Notes under the pieces: generated by a model
Seen by the model: the letters and a program-made list of their open reading frames with translations, nothing else
Database searches by the model: none
What the model was told of the DNA's origin: nothing
Shown here: piece by piece, positions 6,583 to 6,866 of the stretch
Layout: the number at the start of each line of letters is the position of its first letter
How positions within the stretch are numbered: the first letter of the stretch is position 1
Origin: Candidatus Iainarchaeum sp.
Lineage (GTDB): Archaea; Iainarchaeota; Iainarchaeia; Iainarchaeales; GCA-2688035
Direction: 5' to 3'
DNA: 6,866 nt
Assembly (NCBI GenBank): GCA_028713935.1
Contig: JAQTNI010000052.1
Coordinates: 1 to 6,866 of the forward strand
Program-made: the position numbers and the translations under genes

Positions 6583-6620
6583 CTGTTTACCATACAATTC
6601 AAGTTCTTTTTCTTTGGGCA
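6583..6620. repeat. R-unit copy 4
   Basis: CTGTTTACCATACAATTCAAGTTCTTTTTCTTTGGGCA. It matches copy 1 at roughly 29 of 35 aligned positions and is tandem with copy 3. Confidence 0.85.
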
Positions 6621-6672
6621 CACAATGCCAAGCAAACAAATATTACACAAAGTTTCATTGCTTGACATTGTG
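6621..6672. repeat. 52-nt imperfect hairpin (7 bp + C/A mismatch + 7 bp, 22-nt loop)
   Basis: CACAATG c CAAGCAA ...22 nt... TTGCTTG a CATTGTG. It fills exactly the space between R-unit 4 and P-element 2. Confidence 0.75.
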
Positions 6673-6709
6673 CTTACACTTTCTTTTTCTTCGCAAGAAA
6701 AAGAAAGGG
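6673..6709. repeat. P-element copy 2: CTTACAC followed by a 13-bp stem / 3-nt loop inverted repeat (6679-6707)
   Basis: CTTTCTTTTTCTT cgc AAGAAAAAGAAAG. It has the same CTTACA and GGG flanks as copy 1. The arm sequence differs from copy 1, but pairing is preserved. Confidence 0.9.
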
Positions 6710-6732
6710 CAGGAAAAAAATTTAAAGAACAA

Positions 6733-6748
6733 AAACAATTAATTGTTT
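6733..6748. promoter_or_regulatory. 16-bp perfect palindrome AAACAATTAATTGTTT (candidate operator)
   Basis: Self-complementary. It lies just downstream of a TTTAAA TATA-like element (6721-6726) and ~90 nt upstream of the ATG at 6836. Confidence 0.35.
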
Positions 6749-6792
6749 AGTGACATCGGATATGTCCCCACTTTGAATGCTTTATTTTAAGT

Positions 6793-6835
6793 GGGAACTC
6801 CATCTTTTTGTTAGAACCCAAAAGGAGGAGTTCCC
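6793..6835 (+). promoter_or_regulatory. Hairpin that sequesters the ribosome-binding site in the 5' leader of the plus-strand gene
   Basis: GGGAACTCC (6793-6801) pairs with GGAGTTCCC (6827-6835). After a 1-nt bulge, TCTTTTT (6803-6809) pairs with AAAAGGA (6820-6826), including one G-U pair. This gives ~16 bp with a 10-nt loop. The stem contains the whole AAGGAGG (6822-6828) and ends one base before the ATG. Confidence 0.55.
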
Positions 6836-6866
6836 ATGAAATATACAAACGATTTTATTGATAAAA
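6836..6866 (+). CDS. 5' end of an unidentified protein-coding gene (MKYTNDFIDK...), truncated by the window
   Basis: The ATG at 6836 is preceded by a strong Shine-Dalgarno sequence AAGGAGG with 7-nt spacing. Only 10 codons are visible, so no product call is possible. Confidence 0.5.
   Translation, partial: MKYTNDFIDK

Noticed and set aside
6511-6620. R-units as archaeal origin recognition boxes (ORB-like: a dyad followed by a G-string)
   Set aside because: Only copy 3 has a TCC.GGA dyad, and the dyad is not conserved across copies. I cannot match the units to the ORB consensus as I recall it, and no orc1/cdc6 gene is in the window. This stays an untested alternative, not a call.
6227-6750. 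Track ORFs in the intergenic region (6227-6493 +, 6289-6486 -, 6336-6668 -, 6390-6665 +, 6451-6750 +)
   Set aside because: They overlap one another on both strands. Their products are basic, low-complexity translations of the nucleotide repeats (e.g. GKMLRKKPF twice, FFLLG twice). Some use non-ATG starts, and none has an RBS comparable to the one at 6822-6828.
6752-6835. Assignment of the leader to a known riboswitch class (preQ1-I, fluoride/crcB)
   Set aside because: The stem-loop sizes and conserved nucleotides of those classes, as I recall them, do not fit. The ACCCAAAAGGAGG resemblance to the preQ1 tail is superficial because the required short P1 hairpin is missing.
1-6866. tRNA, rRNA, transposase/IS element, or a second intein
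   Set aside because: I found no cloverleaf-compatible segment, no rRNA-like sequence, and no transposase- or integrase-like ORF. The ATPase extein aligns by eye to the family motifs without any further insertion.

Overview
AT-rich window with two parts. (1) Positions 1-6037 carry a tightly packed minus-strand gene pair of the archaeal type IV pilus / archaellum-like assembly class. One gene is a 1293-aa FlaI/PilB/VirB11-family secretion ATPase precursor (2156-6037). The other is a two-domain FlaJ/PilC/TadC-like membrane platform protein (2134 down to the window edge). It is missing from the ORF track because it has no stop codon in the window, so I translated it by hand. A 515-aa intein (3005-4549) interrupts the ATPase inside its conserved Asp box (QED|TLEI). 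The intein carries both LAGLIDADG homing-endonuclease motifs and has Ser1 / Thr+1 junction residues. (2) Positions 6038-6835 form an unusually long (~800 bp) non-coding region, whereas the two genes are only 21 nt apart. It holds several repeat families: a perfect 36-bp copy of the ATPase 5' coding end, four copies of a ~38-bp TGTTTACCA...TTCTTTCTTTTGGGCA unit, two CTTACAC-plus-palindrome hairpins whose arms differ by compensatory changes, and three copies of a 33-42 bp AAGCCTTGGGAAAATGCTTCGCAAAAAGCCTTT unit mixed with small hairpins. It also holds AT-rich palindromes next to TATA-like boxes. The region ends in a 16-bp hairpin that buries a strong AAGGAGG ribosome-binding site just before a plus-strand ATG at 6836 (CDS truncated by the window). 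I see no rRNA, tRNA, CRISPR array or recognisable transposase. I cannot support a new multi-gene protein system here. The most unusual content is the intein and the repeat- and structure-rich non-coding region. All functional calls rest on motif recognition by eye, with no database search. An archaeal, possibly DPANN-like, origin is inference only.
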